Source: Acidimicrobiia bacterium (lineage in GTDB: Bacteria > Actinomycetota > Acidimicrobiia > IMCC26256 > JAENVU01). From it: a stretch of DNA of 64,000 nt. Below the pieces are notes generated by a model. It worked only from the letters and a program-made list of their open reading frames with translations, was not told where the DNA came from and searched no databases. Below, piece by piece: positions 45,119 through 54,325 of this stretch. Made by a program: the position numbers and the translations under genes. The stretch lies in the NCBI GenBank assembly GCA_031422675.1, contig JANPMG010000002.1:4379-68378 (forward strand), written 5' to 3'. How positions within the stretch are numbered: position 1 is the stretch's first letter; each line of letters opens with the position of its first letter.

Positions 45119-47686
45119 ATGAGTTCGAAGTTCTTGACGACCGGTTTCGAGCAGCCGGTCCGGCGAATGTCGGCCTTGGTCGGGGTTCTGGCGGTGGCGC
45201 TGATGCTGCCGGCATCCGCGCAGGCTGCGGACTGGTCGAACGCACGGGGCGACGCCGGGAACACGGGAAGCTCCGCGGAGACGCTCACGCTCCCCCTGAC
45301 CGAACGGTGGCACTCGAGTGCGCCGGACGTCGAGGAGAACGGGGCGGTGGTCTCCAACGGCATCGTCTACATGTCGAGTGAAGACGGCCAGCTGTACGCG
45401 TTCGATCCCGCGGGCGCCCCGGTGACCGGGTTCCCGGTCGTGACGAGCCCGAACTACGGCGCGCCGGCCGTCGACGCGGTGAACGCGAAGGTCTACGTCC
45501 TGGCGAGCAACACGCTCTTTGCGTTCAACCTCAACGGGACGCCGGCGTGGACGGCGGACGTTGGTTCGACGGGCTCCAACTACAACGTGGGTCCGATCGT
45601 CGACGGCGGTTTCGTGTACCTCAAGGCCAACGACACCCTGAAGAAGTACAACTCGGCCGGAGGGTTGCAGTGGTCGGTGCCCAGCGCCGGCAACAGCACC
45701 CAGCCCGCCATCATGGGTGCCGACGTCTACGTGAACACGAACGCAGGCGAGATCAGAAAGTACGACAAGACCACGGGCGTGGAAGTCACGACGGCCGGCT
45801 TCCCGGTGGCCACGGCCGCGAGCGAGGCCGGCATTGCGGTGGTGGACGGACGGATCTACCACAAGGCCGACCAGCTCTACGCGTACAACGCGAGCACGGG
45901 CGCCCTCGCGTGGTCGGCACCCGCCGGCGGCGACAGTACCTACTACGACTCACCCGCGGTTTCGAACGGCGTCGTGTACGTCTACGGCTGGGACAGCAAG
46001 CTGTACGCATTCGACGCGGCAACTGGCGCAACGAAGGCCGGGTTCCCGACTGCAGATCTGGCAACCCCCTCCGACCGCAACTACGGCTCACCCACGGTGG
46101 CCGGAGATCTGGTCTTCGTCGGCGCCGGTACGACCCAGAAGCTGAAAGTGCTCGGGGCCGCCGGGACCGCGAACGCAGGGACGGTGCTCGAGGAGCACCT
46201 GACCTTCTCGGATGATCCGCAGGGCTTCGACGTGACGTCGCCGGTTGTTTCGGGCGGCATCGTGTACGTGATGCTCGACGGTGGTGGGCTGTACGCGTTC
46301 CTTCCGTCGGACGCGCCGTGGACCGGCGGAGGCGTCACCATCAACGCCGGGGCCGCCTGCACCGAATCTTCGGCGGTGACCCTGGCGATCGACGTCGGGT
46401 CGAACCCCGACGTCGCTCAGATGCGAATCTCCGAAGACCCGCTCTTTGCCTCGGCAACGTTCGAGCCCGTCGCATCGTCCAAGGCGTTCACTCTCTCGGT
46501 CGGGTTCGGGACCAAGACCGTCTACGTTCAGTTCCAGGACGGGTCCGAACAGCTCTCGAACGTCTTCAACGACCAGATCCAGTTCGCGGCGAGCTGTGCA
46601 CCGACCCTCACGGTGGCGAAGGCGGGTTCTGGTTCGGGCTTGGTGGCGAGCACCCCGGCCGGTATTTCGTGTGGGGCCACGTGCTCGGCCGAGTTCGCTG
46701 ATGGTGCGAGCGTGGGTCTGACGCCGACGCCGGACGAGGGTTCGACGTTTGCGGGTTGGTCGGGTGCGTGTACCGGGACCGGTGCGTGCACGGTGACCAT
46801 GAGTGGTGACCAGTCGGTGACCGCCACGTTCACCGCAACCGGTGAAACCGGGGTGAGCATCGTCAGCTCGTCGCAACCGGAGACGATCACGTCCGGCAGC
46901 GCCGGGCTGGCCCGTTTCGAGATCACCAACGCCGGCCCGGACGCGCTCGAAGGGGCCTACGCCATCGTCACCGTTCCTGCGGGAATCATGCCGGTATCGG
47001 CGACGAGTTCACAGGGTGGGTGCACGGGATTCAGTGGCCAGCAAGCCATCTGTCTCATCGGGACGATCCCGGCCGGGTCGACCGTCACCCTCGACGTCGT
47101 GGGTCAGACGCCGCCGGGCTTCCCGCCGACGAGTTCGCTCGGCATCGGCGTCAGCCTCGCCGGATCCGGGATCGATCCGATCCAACAGACCGGCGGACCG
47201 GCCGTCACCGCGGCCACGGGCAATGAAGCCGCCGGCTTCGTACCGCCGGGTGGAACGATCTCCACGGGTACCGAGGCGACGCCGGAGAACAACACGATTG
47301 CGGGGTTCCGGCTCCCGAACTCCGGCGCGGGCGCGCCGATCGTGCTCCGGGCCGAGACCGAAGGCGCCGCGACGTTCTGCGGTGGACGCGCGTGTCGGGG
47401 CAAGATCATGTTCCTGTCGCCGTTCGCGGGGTACGACGACCCGCACCATGCTCCGCTGCTCACGATCACGTGGGACAAGACCGTCGCCGGCAAGGGGACG
47501 AAATCCAAGCTGTACGTGCAGAAAGAGCCGGGTGGTCCGGTGACGCGCGTCGAGCGGTGTGTGAAAGCGAGTCCCGCCGTCGCCGTCCCGTCGCCGTGCA
47601 TCCATGAAAGGGTCAAGATCCGGGGCGGAGACATCCGGTTCAAGATCCTCATCCTCTCGATGGATCCGCGGTTCGCTCGCCGCTGA
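45119..47686 (+). CDS. Secreted PQQ-like beta-propeller protein with InlB-B-repeat-like and DUF11-like C-terminal domains
   Basis: ATG 45119 follows gggagga. The signal peptide ends in ...LPASAQA. Repeated GxxYxxS.DGxLYAFD blades, a Cys-rich GWSGACTGTGACTVTM segment, and FEITNAGPDALEGAY...GSTVTLDV. Confidence 0.85.
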   Translation: MSSKFLTTGFEQPVRRMSALVGVLAVALMLPASAQAADWSNARGDAGNTGSSAETLTLPLTERWHSSAPDVEENGAVVSNGIVYMSSEDGQLYAFDPAGAPVTGFPVVTSPNYGAPAVDAVNAKVYVLASNTLFAFNLNGTPAWTADVGSTGSNYNVGPIVDGGFVYLKANDTLKKYNSAGGLQWSVPSAGNSTQPAIMGADVYVNTNAGEIRKYDKTTGVEVTTAGFPVATAASEAGIAVVDGRIYHKADQLYAYNASTGALAWSAPAGGDSTYYDSPAVSNGVVYVYGWDSKLYAFDAATGATKAGFPTADLATPSDRNYGSPTVAGDLVFVGAGTTQKLKVLGAAGTANAGTVLEEHLTFSDDPQGFDVTSPVVSGGIVYVMLDGGGLYAFLPSDAPWTGGGVTINAGAACTESSAVTLAIDVGSNPDVAQMRISEDPLFASATFEPVASSKAFTLSVGFGTKTVYVQFQDGSEQLSNVFNDQIQFAASCAPTLTVAKAGSGSGLVASTPAGISCGATCSAEFADGASVGLTPTPDEGSTFAGWSGACTGTGACTVTMSGDQSVTATFTATGETGVSIVSSSQPETITSGSAGLARFEITNAGPDALEGAYAIVTVPAGIMPVSATSSQGGCTGFSGQQAICLIGTIPAGSTVTLDVVGQTPPGFPPTSSLGIGVSLAGSGIDPIQQTGGPAVTAATGNEAAGFVPPGGTISTGTEATPENNTIAGFRLPNSGAGAPIVLRAETEGAATFCGGRACRGKIMFLSPFAGYDDPHHAPLLTITWDKTVAGKGTKSKLYVQKEPGGPVTRVERCVKASPAVAVPSPCIHERVKIRGGDIRFKILILSMDPRFARR

Positions 47687-47713
47687 TCCGCAGTCGCTTC
47701 TACGCTTCAGGGC

Positions 47714-48001
47714 ATGTGCAGAAACATCACCGAACTCAGAGGCCTGGAACCTCCCGCGACCCGGGACGAGATCGAGGCTGCGGCGCGTCAGTTCGTCCGC
47801 AAGATCAGCGGTGTGACCAAGCCCACCGGTGATGTCGCGGCGGCGATGGAAGCTGCCGCGTTGAAGATCGCGCACGTCAGCGAGCATCTCCTGGCCGACT
47901 TGCCGGCCCGTCGCCAACCGCCGAAGCACGACCCGCCGCTGCGCCGCCCCGAGGTACGGAAGCGACTCGGACTGCCGGAGTTCGACGCCCGGCCGGCCTG
48001 A
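47714..48001 (+). CDS. DUF2277 domain protein
   Basis: MCRNITELRGLEPPATRDEIEAAARQFVRKISG matches the conserved DUF2277 N-terminus. Confidence 0.75.
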   Translation: MCRNITELRGLEPPATRDEIEAAARQFVRKISGVTKPTGDVAAAMEAAALKIAHVSEHLLADLPARRQPPKHDPPLRRPEVRKRLGLPEFDARPA

Positions 48002-48028
48002 GTCGCGAGCCCGATCGGTACGCAACGG

Positions 48029-48535
48029 ATGCCGGTCGTGCCGATGTTCTCAACCGCGCCCCTGCACCCGACGAGCGAGTGGCGGGCCTGGGCGAACTCG
48101 GTGTTCGACGCGGAATGGGGTGGTGTCGTCGCGCGCGGCGGCGAACTCGTGGATCCGAACAGCCTGGACGGTGTGGTCGCACTCCGGGACGGCGTGCCGG
48201 TGGGGGTGGTGACGTACCGCCCGACCGTCGCGACGTGGGAGGTCGTGACCCTGAACGCGATCGAACGACGTCGTGGGATCGGCCGGGCGCTCGTGAGCGC
48301 GGTGGTCGAGCGCGCGACGCGCGCGGGCGCCGAGTCGATCGGGCTCGTCACTACCAACGACAACCTCGACGCCATCGCGTTCTACGAGGCGATGGGCTTC
48401 GAGCGGGTCAGGACCGACACCGGCGCGGTCGACGCCGCGCGGCGGGAGCTCAAGCCCTCGATACCGATGTACGCCGCCAACGGGATCCCGATCCGGGACG
48501 AGTTGGAGTACCGCCGCTCGCTTCGCGCCCCGTGA
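48029..48535 (+). CDS. GNAT family N-acetyltransferase
   Basis: Acetyl-CoA motif A (RRRGIGRALVSAVVERA), followed by AIAFYEAMGFE. Confidence 0.85.
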   Translation: MPVVPMFSTAPLHPTSEWRAWANSVFDAEWGGVVARGGELVDPNSLDGVVALRDGVPVGVVTYRPTVATWEVVTLNAIERRRGIGRALVSAVVERATRAGAESIGLVTTNDNLDAIAFYEAMGFERVRTDTGAVDAARRELKPSIPMYAANGIPIRDELEYRRSLRAP

Positions 48536-48589
48536 CGGTCGGCTCGTGAACCATCGGCGGCCGTTCGGGGTGTGACCCGACGCCGCGGT

Positions 48590-50017
48590 TCAGCGGTGGC
48601 GGGTCAACGCCAGCGTCGCCGCGTGGTGGCCGCCCATGCCGTGGACTCCGCCACCGGGAGGAGTCGACGAAGAACAGAGGTACACGCCGTCGAGTGACGT
48701 GGCCCAGGGGTGGAGCGACACGACCGGCCGGGTGAAGATCTGGCGGAGGTCACCGGCACCACCGTTGATGTCGCCGCCGACGTAGTTGGGGTTGTGCGTC
48801 TCCATCGCCACGGTGTTCATCACGTGCCGCGCGAGTACGACGTCGCGGAATCCCGGTGCGAACCGCTCGATCTGGCTCTCCATGGCCTCGGTGCGGTCCA
48901 GCGTTGATCCGTTCGGCACGTGGCAATAGGCCCACGCCACGTGTTTGCCGGCCGGCGCCCGACTCGGATCCATCACCGTCGGCTGCACCAGGAGGGTGAA
49001 CGGCTGCTCGGGATGACCGCCGGTCGCAACTACGTCCTCGGATGCGGTGATCTCGTCAAGCGTGCCGCCGACGTGCACCGTGCCACTCGTTCGGGCGCCG
49101 GGGTTGGTCCACGGGATCGGGCCGTCGAGTGCCCAGTCGATCTTGAACACACCGGGTCCGTACCGGTACCGCGTGAGGGCGCGTCGCGCGTGACCGGTGA
49201 CGCGGTCGCCGGCCATGGCGAGGAACTGGCGCGGCGTGACGTCGAGCAGCGTGATGGGCGCGGGGGGAAGATCGGCGAGATCGGCGACGAGGTGATCCAC
49301 GACGATCTCGCCGCCACCGCGGACGAGAATCGCGCCGAGGGCATCGGCGAGTCGCTGGCTGCCCCCGCGCGCGACCGGCCAACCGTTCGCGTGGGCGAGC
49401 AGGTTGAGGAACAACCCGTAACCCGCAGTCCCGAGGTGGTCCAAGGGTTGGATCGCGTGCGCGGCGGATCCGGCGAGCAGGGCCCGGGGCTCGTCCTCGC
49501 GGAAGTGAGCACGCGCCAGGCCGCGAGCGCTCCGGATCGCGTGACGACCGAACGCCGCGGCGCGGAACGGAGCCCGGGGAAACCGCAGTGGTGAGAGCAG
49601 GGTTGCGACGAGGGTCTCCCGGTGTGCGACGAGTGGTCCCATCAGCGCTCGGTACCGCCGCCCGTCGTCGGGACCGAACGCGGCGGTGGTCGCGCTGATG
49701 TCGCGGTGGAGTAGCGCGGCGCGGCCGCCGTCGAGCGGATGGGCGATGGCGATCTCGGGCGTGCACCACTCGACGCCGTGCGCTTCGAGCGCGAGGTCGG
49801 CAAATGCGGGCGACGCGACTCCGAGCGCCTGCACCGTCGAGCAGATGTCGTGGACGAAGCCGGGCCGGGTGAGTTCGGCCGAACGCATCCCCCCGCCGAT
49901 GACCGATGCTGCTTCGAGGAGCAGCACCCTCCGACCGGCCCGGGCCAGGGTGATCGCACCCACGAGACCATTCGGCCCGGCCCCCACCACGACCGCGTCG
50001 TACTCGCTGGTGCTCAT
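48590..50017 (-). CDS. FAD-dependent oxidoreductase (phytoene desaturase/CrtI-like family)
   Basis: ATG 50017. YDAVVVGAGPNGLVGAITLARAGRRVLLLEA (GxGxxG), with the C-terminal LCSSSTPPGGGVHGMGG. Confidence 0.85.
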   Translation of the reverse strand: MSTSEYDAVVVGAGPNGLVGAITLARAGRRVLLLEAASVIGGGMRSAELTRPGFVHDICSTVQALGVASPAFADLALEAHGVEWCTPEIAIAHPLDGGRAALLHRDISATTAAFGPDDGRRYRALMGPLVAHRETLVATLLSPLRFPRAPFRAAAFGRHAIRSARGLARAHFREDEPRALLAGSAAHAIQPLDHLGTAGYGLFLNLLAHANGWPVARGGSQRLADALGAILVRGGGEIVVDHLVADLADLPPAPITLLDVTPRQFLAMAGDRVTGHARRALTRYRYGPGVFKIDWALDGPIPWTNPGARTSGTVHVGGTLDEITASEDVVATGGHPEQPFTLLVQPTVMDPSRAPAGKHVAWAYCHVPNGSTLDRTEAMESQIERFAPGFRDVVLARHVMNTVAMETHNPNYVGGDINGGAGDLRQIFTRPVVSLHPWATSLDGVYLCSSSTPPGGGVHGMGGHHAATLALTRHR

Positions 50018-50179
50018 GTGGATCTCCGATCCGACCGAGATTGCTGACGTTCCATTCTCGATCTCCATCGTGCGCGAGACGAGTGCGTCCCCATGAACGT
50101 CGACGGTGATGCTGACACCCTCGACTCACGATCATCGGAAAGCGCCGCGATCAGCCGTACCGCGTTCTAACCTCAGCTC

Positions 50180-50842
50180 GTGGCATTTCGGGTCGTCGTG
50201 GCCGAGGACAACTACCTCGTGCGGGAAGGCGTGGTGCGCCTCCTCGATGCGCAGCCGGAGATCGAAGTGGTCGGCGCGTACGAGGACTTCGACACGTTGC
50301 TCGCCGGCGTCGCCGCGGTGCAACCCGATGTCGTGATCACCGACATCCGGATGCCGCCCACCGGGACCGACGAGGGGGTCCGCGCCGCGAATGTACTCCG
50401 AGAGGAGTATCCCGGCATCGGGGTCGTGGTCCTCAGCCAGTACGTGGAACCGGCGTATGCCCTCGCGCTCCTGGAGTCCGGCTCGGATCGTCGTGCCTAC
50501 CTCTTGAAGGAACGGGTCTCGGACGTCGATCTGCTCATCCGCGCCATCGAGGCGGTGGCCGACGGCGGTTCGGTCATCGATCCTCAGGTGATCGACGCCC
50601 TGGTGGCCGCCCGATCTCGCCACCGATCGCCGCTCGATTTCCTCACGCCCCGTGAGGGCGAAGTCCTCACCGAGATGGCACTCGGTCGGAACAATGCCGG
50701 CATCGCCGGCGCACTTGGACTCTCGGAACGCGCAGTCGAGAAGCACATCAACGCGCTGTTCTCGAAGCTCGGCGTCTCGGAAGAGCCTGATGTCCACCGC
50801 CGCGTGAAAGCGGTGTTGCTGTGCCTTTCGGAGCAATCGTGA
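50180..50842 (+). CDS. NarL/LuxR-family response regulator
   Basis: GTG start. VVVAEDNYLVREGV...VVITDIRMPP and the LuxR HTH LTPREGEVLTEMALGRNNAGIAGALGLSERAVEKHI. Confidence 0.92.
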   Translation: MAFRVVVAEDNYLVREGVVRLLDAQPEIEVVGAYEDFDTLLAGVAAVQPDVVITDIRMPPTGTDEGVRAANVLREEYPGIGVVVLSQYVEPAYALALLESGSDRRAYLLKERVSDVDLLIRAIEAVADGGSVIDPQVIDALVAARSRHRSPLDFLTPREGEVLTEMALGRNNAGIAGALGLSERAVEKHINALFSKLGVSEEPDVHRRVKAVLLCLSEQS

Positions 50843-50960
50843 GCGGCGGCACGCCCCGCAGTCGGCTCACCAGGTCGGCGGCGTCGGGGGTACTGGCACC
50901 CCCGACCCGGGCCACACGGGCACGGTTCCCCCGGTGACCGACTCACGCGACGATGACGCC

Positions 50961-51335
50961 ATGACGGCGGTTCCCGTGCTCATTGTCGACGACCAAGTGC
51001 CGTTCCGACGCGCCGCACGGATGGTCGTCGCGGTCACGCCCGGCTTCGAGGTGGTCGGCGAGGCGACGTCGGGCGAGGAAGCGGTGGAGCAGTTCGAGAT
51101 GCTGGAACCCGGGCTCGTCCTCATGGACATCAACCTGCCCGGGATCAGCGGCATCGAAGCCACGCGTCGGATCACCGAGTCGCATCCGGACGCAGTGGTC
51201 GTCCTGCTGTCGACCTATCGGGCCGATGATCTCCCGGCCGACGCCGCGACCTGCGGCGCCGCGGGCTACGTGAACAAGGAACAGTTCGAATCGGCCGTGG
51301 TCGTCGACCTTTGGGCGCAACGCAACCGCCCCTGA
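50961..51335 (+). CDS. Stand-alone receiver-domain (CheY-like) response regulator
   Basis: MTAVPVLIVDDQVPFRR...LVLMDINLPGISG...VVVLLSTY...GYVNK. No output domain. An alternative start is GTG 50934. Confidence 0.88.
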   Translation: MTAVPVLIVDDQVPFRRAARMVVAVTPGFEVVGEATSGEEAVEQFEMLEPGLVLMDINLPGISGIEATRRITESHPDAVVVLLSTYRADDLPADAATCGAAGYVNKEQFESAVVVDLWAQRNRP

Positions 51336-51357
51336 GGGGGCCGGGTGCGTCGCTGGT

Positions 51358-53511
51358 TCAGGCTTCCGGCAACGGGACGCGTCCACTGACCGTGGTGCCG
51401 CGACCGGGCGCGGATTCCACCTCGACCGAGCCGCCGAACGCACCGACCCGGTCGGCCATGTTGACGAAGCCGTGTCCGTGGGCGCCACCACCGGTCGAAT
51501 CGAACCCGGCGCCGGTGTCGCGCACGGCGAACAGCAACGCGCCCTGGTCCTCGCGGAGCGAAACCGTGATGTGGGCTTCGGCACCGGCGTACTTGCTCGC
51601 GTTCTGAAGCGCTTCGAGGCAACAGAAGTAGATCGCAGCCTCAACCGGTTGGGAGTAGCGGTCGACTCCCTCGGCCTCGACGCGGGTGGGGAGCGGGACC
51701 CGATCGCCGGCGGCCCGCAACGCATCGGGCAGACCGCGGTCCATGAGCAGCGGGGGATAGATGCCGTGCGCAAGATTGCGCAGTTCCTGCACCGCGTCCT
51801 GGAGGTCGCCGGCGATCTGGTCGAGCATCTCCTTGGTTGCGTCCGGATCCGAGTCGGCGAGTTGACGGGCCAGCCGGGTGCTGACCGCGAGTGCAACGAG
51901 ATGTTGCTGGGCGCCGTCGTGGAGATCCCGCTCGATGCGTCTCCGCTCGCGGTCGGTCGCCTCGACGATGCGGGCTCGGGAACGGCGGAGTTCGTCGGCT
52001 TGGCGTCGGACCTCGTCGAGCGAGTCCTGAAGGGCCGAGTCCAGTTTCAAGTTGTGAAGCGCGAGCCCGACCTGGCGGGCGAGCTCGGTGAGGGCACGAT
52101 CGTCCTCGTCGTCGAAGCCGGCCGCGCCGAGCGCGCGGGTCACCATGATCACGCCGAGGAGCTCGCCCGAGTTGGTCACGGGCGCGATCCGAATCGGAGG
52201 TTCGTCACCGTCGGGGAACGGCTCGAGGAACCTCGGCATCCACACCCGGATCCACGCCGGCCCGGACACCCCCGCGTGCGCGATAACGCCGAGTTCCTCG
52301 GGGCCGATCGGGAGCTGGGCGTGACCGCGGTCGGGGACCGATACCGATCGTTCCAACTGACCGCCGTTGCGGGTCCAGACTTCGGCCAGGTCGAGTCCCA
52401 TCGTCTTCTTCAGTGATTCGGCGAGTTGGAGAAGGAGTTCGTCGAGCGGGAGGGCGCGGGTGAGCCGGCTCCCGAAGGTCCGGATCACCTCGTCGGGAGC
52501 GTGCTGCTCGCCGTAGACCCGTCGATTCGCGTAGTCGCGGAGCCGTTCCCGCGCGGGGACCCACAGGAGCGCGGCGGTGGCGGCTCCGGCGATCGAGAGT
52601 CCGAGCACGCTGCGCTCGCCGGCGTCGAGCGAACGGCCGAGTACGGCGATCACTCCGAGGGTCACCACCCCGACAACCGCGGCGAGACCGCCAATGGTGA
52701 TGGTGCTCACGAGCAGCCGGTCGATGCGCACCGCGAGGGTTCGGTAGGCGCCGAGCGCGAGGGAGATCGGTACGAGAATCGTTGAAGCCACCGCCACCGC
52801 GAGGAGCGCTCTTGGCCAATGGACGACCGCATCGAGCAGCACCGCACCGGCGCTGATACCCGCGGCCGCGATGGTCGCCCAGGCCGGCCACTGCAACCGG
52901 GCGCGCTCAGCTTGGGTGCGCGCGCGTTGGCACCGACCCACGTAACCGACCACGCCGATGACCAACGCCGAAGCGGCGAGTCCGACGATTCCGGCCCACC
53001 GAAGATGGGGCCGGTCGACGAAGAGCCATCCGGCGACGACCGCGCCGACGAGATAGCCCGCCGCGGTCCAGGTTCGCCGGATTCGACTGTCGAGCCGGCC
53101 GTCGGGCAGTCCGAGGACGAGGTGAAGGCCGAGTGGCGCCAAAGCCGTGATCCCGATCACGCGTGCCAGCGCCACCGCCTCGTTGGATGGATGACGAGCA
53201 AACTCGGCGGCACCGAGCATGGCCAGGGCGATAGCGCCACCGACGAGCGTGAGGAGTCCCGCAAGGGGTTCGCCGGGCCGTTCGAAGCTCACCAGGAGGG
53301 CGGCGCCACACCAGGTGAGCGCGACCGCGAGTAATACGCCGCGCCCGGGTCCGAGGCGGGCATCGGTCGCGTCGAACGTGGCGACGATCGCGGCCGCGAT
53401 CGCCAAGACTGCGCCGAGCCGGACGAGCGTGGTTCTCCCGGTCGCGGAGTTCGAGGCCGGCGCCGGGTCTCGGAAGCTGGTGAGGTCGAGCGGCGTGTCG
53501 ATGCGGCTCAC
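51358..53511 (-). CDS. Polytopic membrane sensor histidine kinase (about 10 TM + GAF-like + HisKA_3 + HATPase)
   Basis: About 330 aa of TM helices, then a GAF-like segment (LDLAEVW...ELLGVIMVTR), the H-box RRRIERDLHDGAQQHL, and the ATPase region ALQNASKYAG...DTGAGFD...GHGFVNMADR. Confidence 0.9.
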   Translation of the reverse strand: MSRIDTPLDLTSFRDPAPASNSATGRTTLVRLGAVLAIAAAIVATFDATDARLGPGRGVLLAVALTWCGAALLVSFERPGEPLAGLLTLVGGAIALAMLGAAEFARHPSNEAVALARVIGITALAPLGLHLVLGLPDGRLDSRIRRTWTAAGYLVGAVVAGWLFVDRPHLRWAGIVGLAASALVIGVVGYVGRCQRARTQAERARLQWPAWATIAAAGISAGAVLLDAVVHWPRALLAVAVASTILVPISLALGAYRTLAVRIDRLLVSTITIGGLAAVVGVVTLGVIAVLGRSLDAGERSVLGLSIAGAATAALLWVPARERLRDYANRRVYGEQHAPDEVIRTFGSRLTRALPLDELLLQLAESLKKTMGLDLAEVWTRNGGQLERSVSVPDRGHAQLPIGPEELGVIAHAGVSGPAWIRVWMPRFLEPFPDGDEPPIRIAPVTNSGELLGVIMVTRALGAAGFDDEDDRALTELARQVGLALHNLKLDSALQDSLDEVRRQADELRRSRARIVEATDRERRRIERDLHDGAQQHLVALAVSTRLARQLADSDPDATKEMLDQIAGDLQDAVQELRNLAHGIYPPLLMDRGLPDALRAAGDRVPLPTRVEAEGVDRYSQPVEAAIYFCCLEALQNASKYAGAEAHITVSLREDQGALLFAVRDTGAGFDSTGGGAHGHGFVNMADRVGAFGGSVEVESAPGRGTTVSGRVPLPEA

Positions 53512-53553
53512 GGGTGCGCGTCTCCGAGCCGCACTGGGGTCGAAGATTCCACG

Positions 53554-54270
53554 TCAGACCGAGGCGGGATCGCGCGTGGAATCGCGGATCTCGGTGTCGG
53601 TCTCGATGCGACCATCGCGCATGAACACGATCCGATCCCCCGCTTCGGCCACATCCCGGTCATGGGTCACGAGCAGGATGGTCTGGCCGTTGGCATGGAG
53701 TCGACGGAACAGTTCGAGCACCTCGTGCCCACCCTCGGAGTCGAGCGCGCCGGTCGGCTCGTCGGCGAGGAGCAGCGTCGGTTCGTTGGCGAGGGCGCGC
53801 GCGATGGCGAGCCGCTGTCGTTGCCCGCCGGAGAGGACCCCGGGCGCGTCCTTCGCCTTCTCGGCGAGGCCGAGCAGGTCGAGGAGATCCCGAGCCCGGG
53901 TCTCGGCTTGTTTGCGGGGCGCACCGGCGATGACCGCCGGGAGCGTGACGTTCTCGAGCGCGGTCATCCCCTCCAGGAGATTGAAGAACTGGAACACGAT
54001 CCCGATATGGCGGCGACGCATGATCGCGAGTTCGTCCTCGGTCTGGCCGATGAGGGACTCCCCGGCCACTTCGAGCGTGCCGTCGGTGGCGGCGTCGAGT
54101 CCGGCGACCAAGTTCAACAAGGTCGATTTCCCACACCCCGACGGCCCCATGACGGACACGAAGTCGCCGCGGTGCATCTCGAAATCGACGCCGCGCAGCG
54201 CCCGCACCGGGGCACCTTCGGACTCGAAGTTCTTGCGCAGTCCCTGGGTCCGTACGACGACGTCAGTCAC
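53554..54270 (-). CDS. ABC transporter ATP-binding protein (MacB/LolD/FtsE-like), with no adjacent permease gene
   Basis: Walker A GPSGCGKST, Q-loop, signature LSGGQRQR, Walker B LLLADEPT and H-loop VTHD. Confidence 0.92.
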   Translation of the reverse strand: MTDVVVRTQGLRKNFESEGAPVRALRGVDFEMHRGDFVSVMGPSGCGKSTLLNLVAGLDAATDGTLEVAGESLIGQTEDELAIMRRRHIGIVFQFFNLLEGMTALENVTLPAVIAGAPRKQAETRARDLLDLLGLAEKAKDAPGVLSGGQRQRLAIARALANEPTLLLADEPTGALDSEGGHEVLELFRRLHANGQTILLVTHDRDVAEAGDRIVFMRDGRIETDTEIRDSTRDPASV

Positions 54271-54325
54271 GAAAATGCCCTTCTGGTTCGGCGGTTTGGT
54301 TCGGCGGTGCGGTCTGTGGTTCGAG

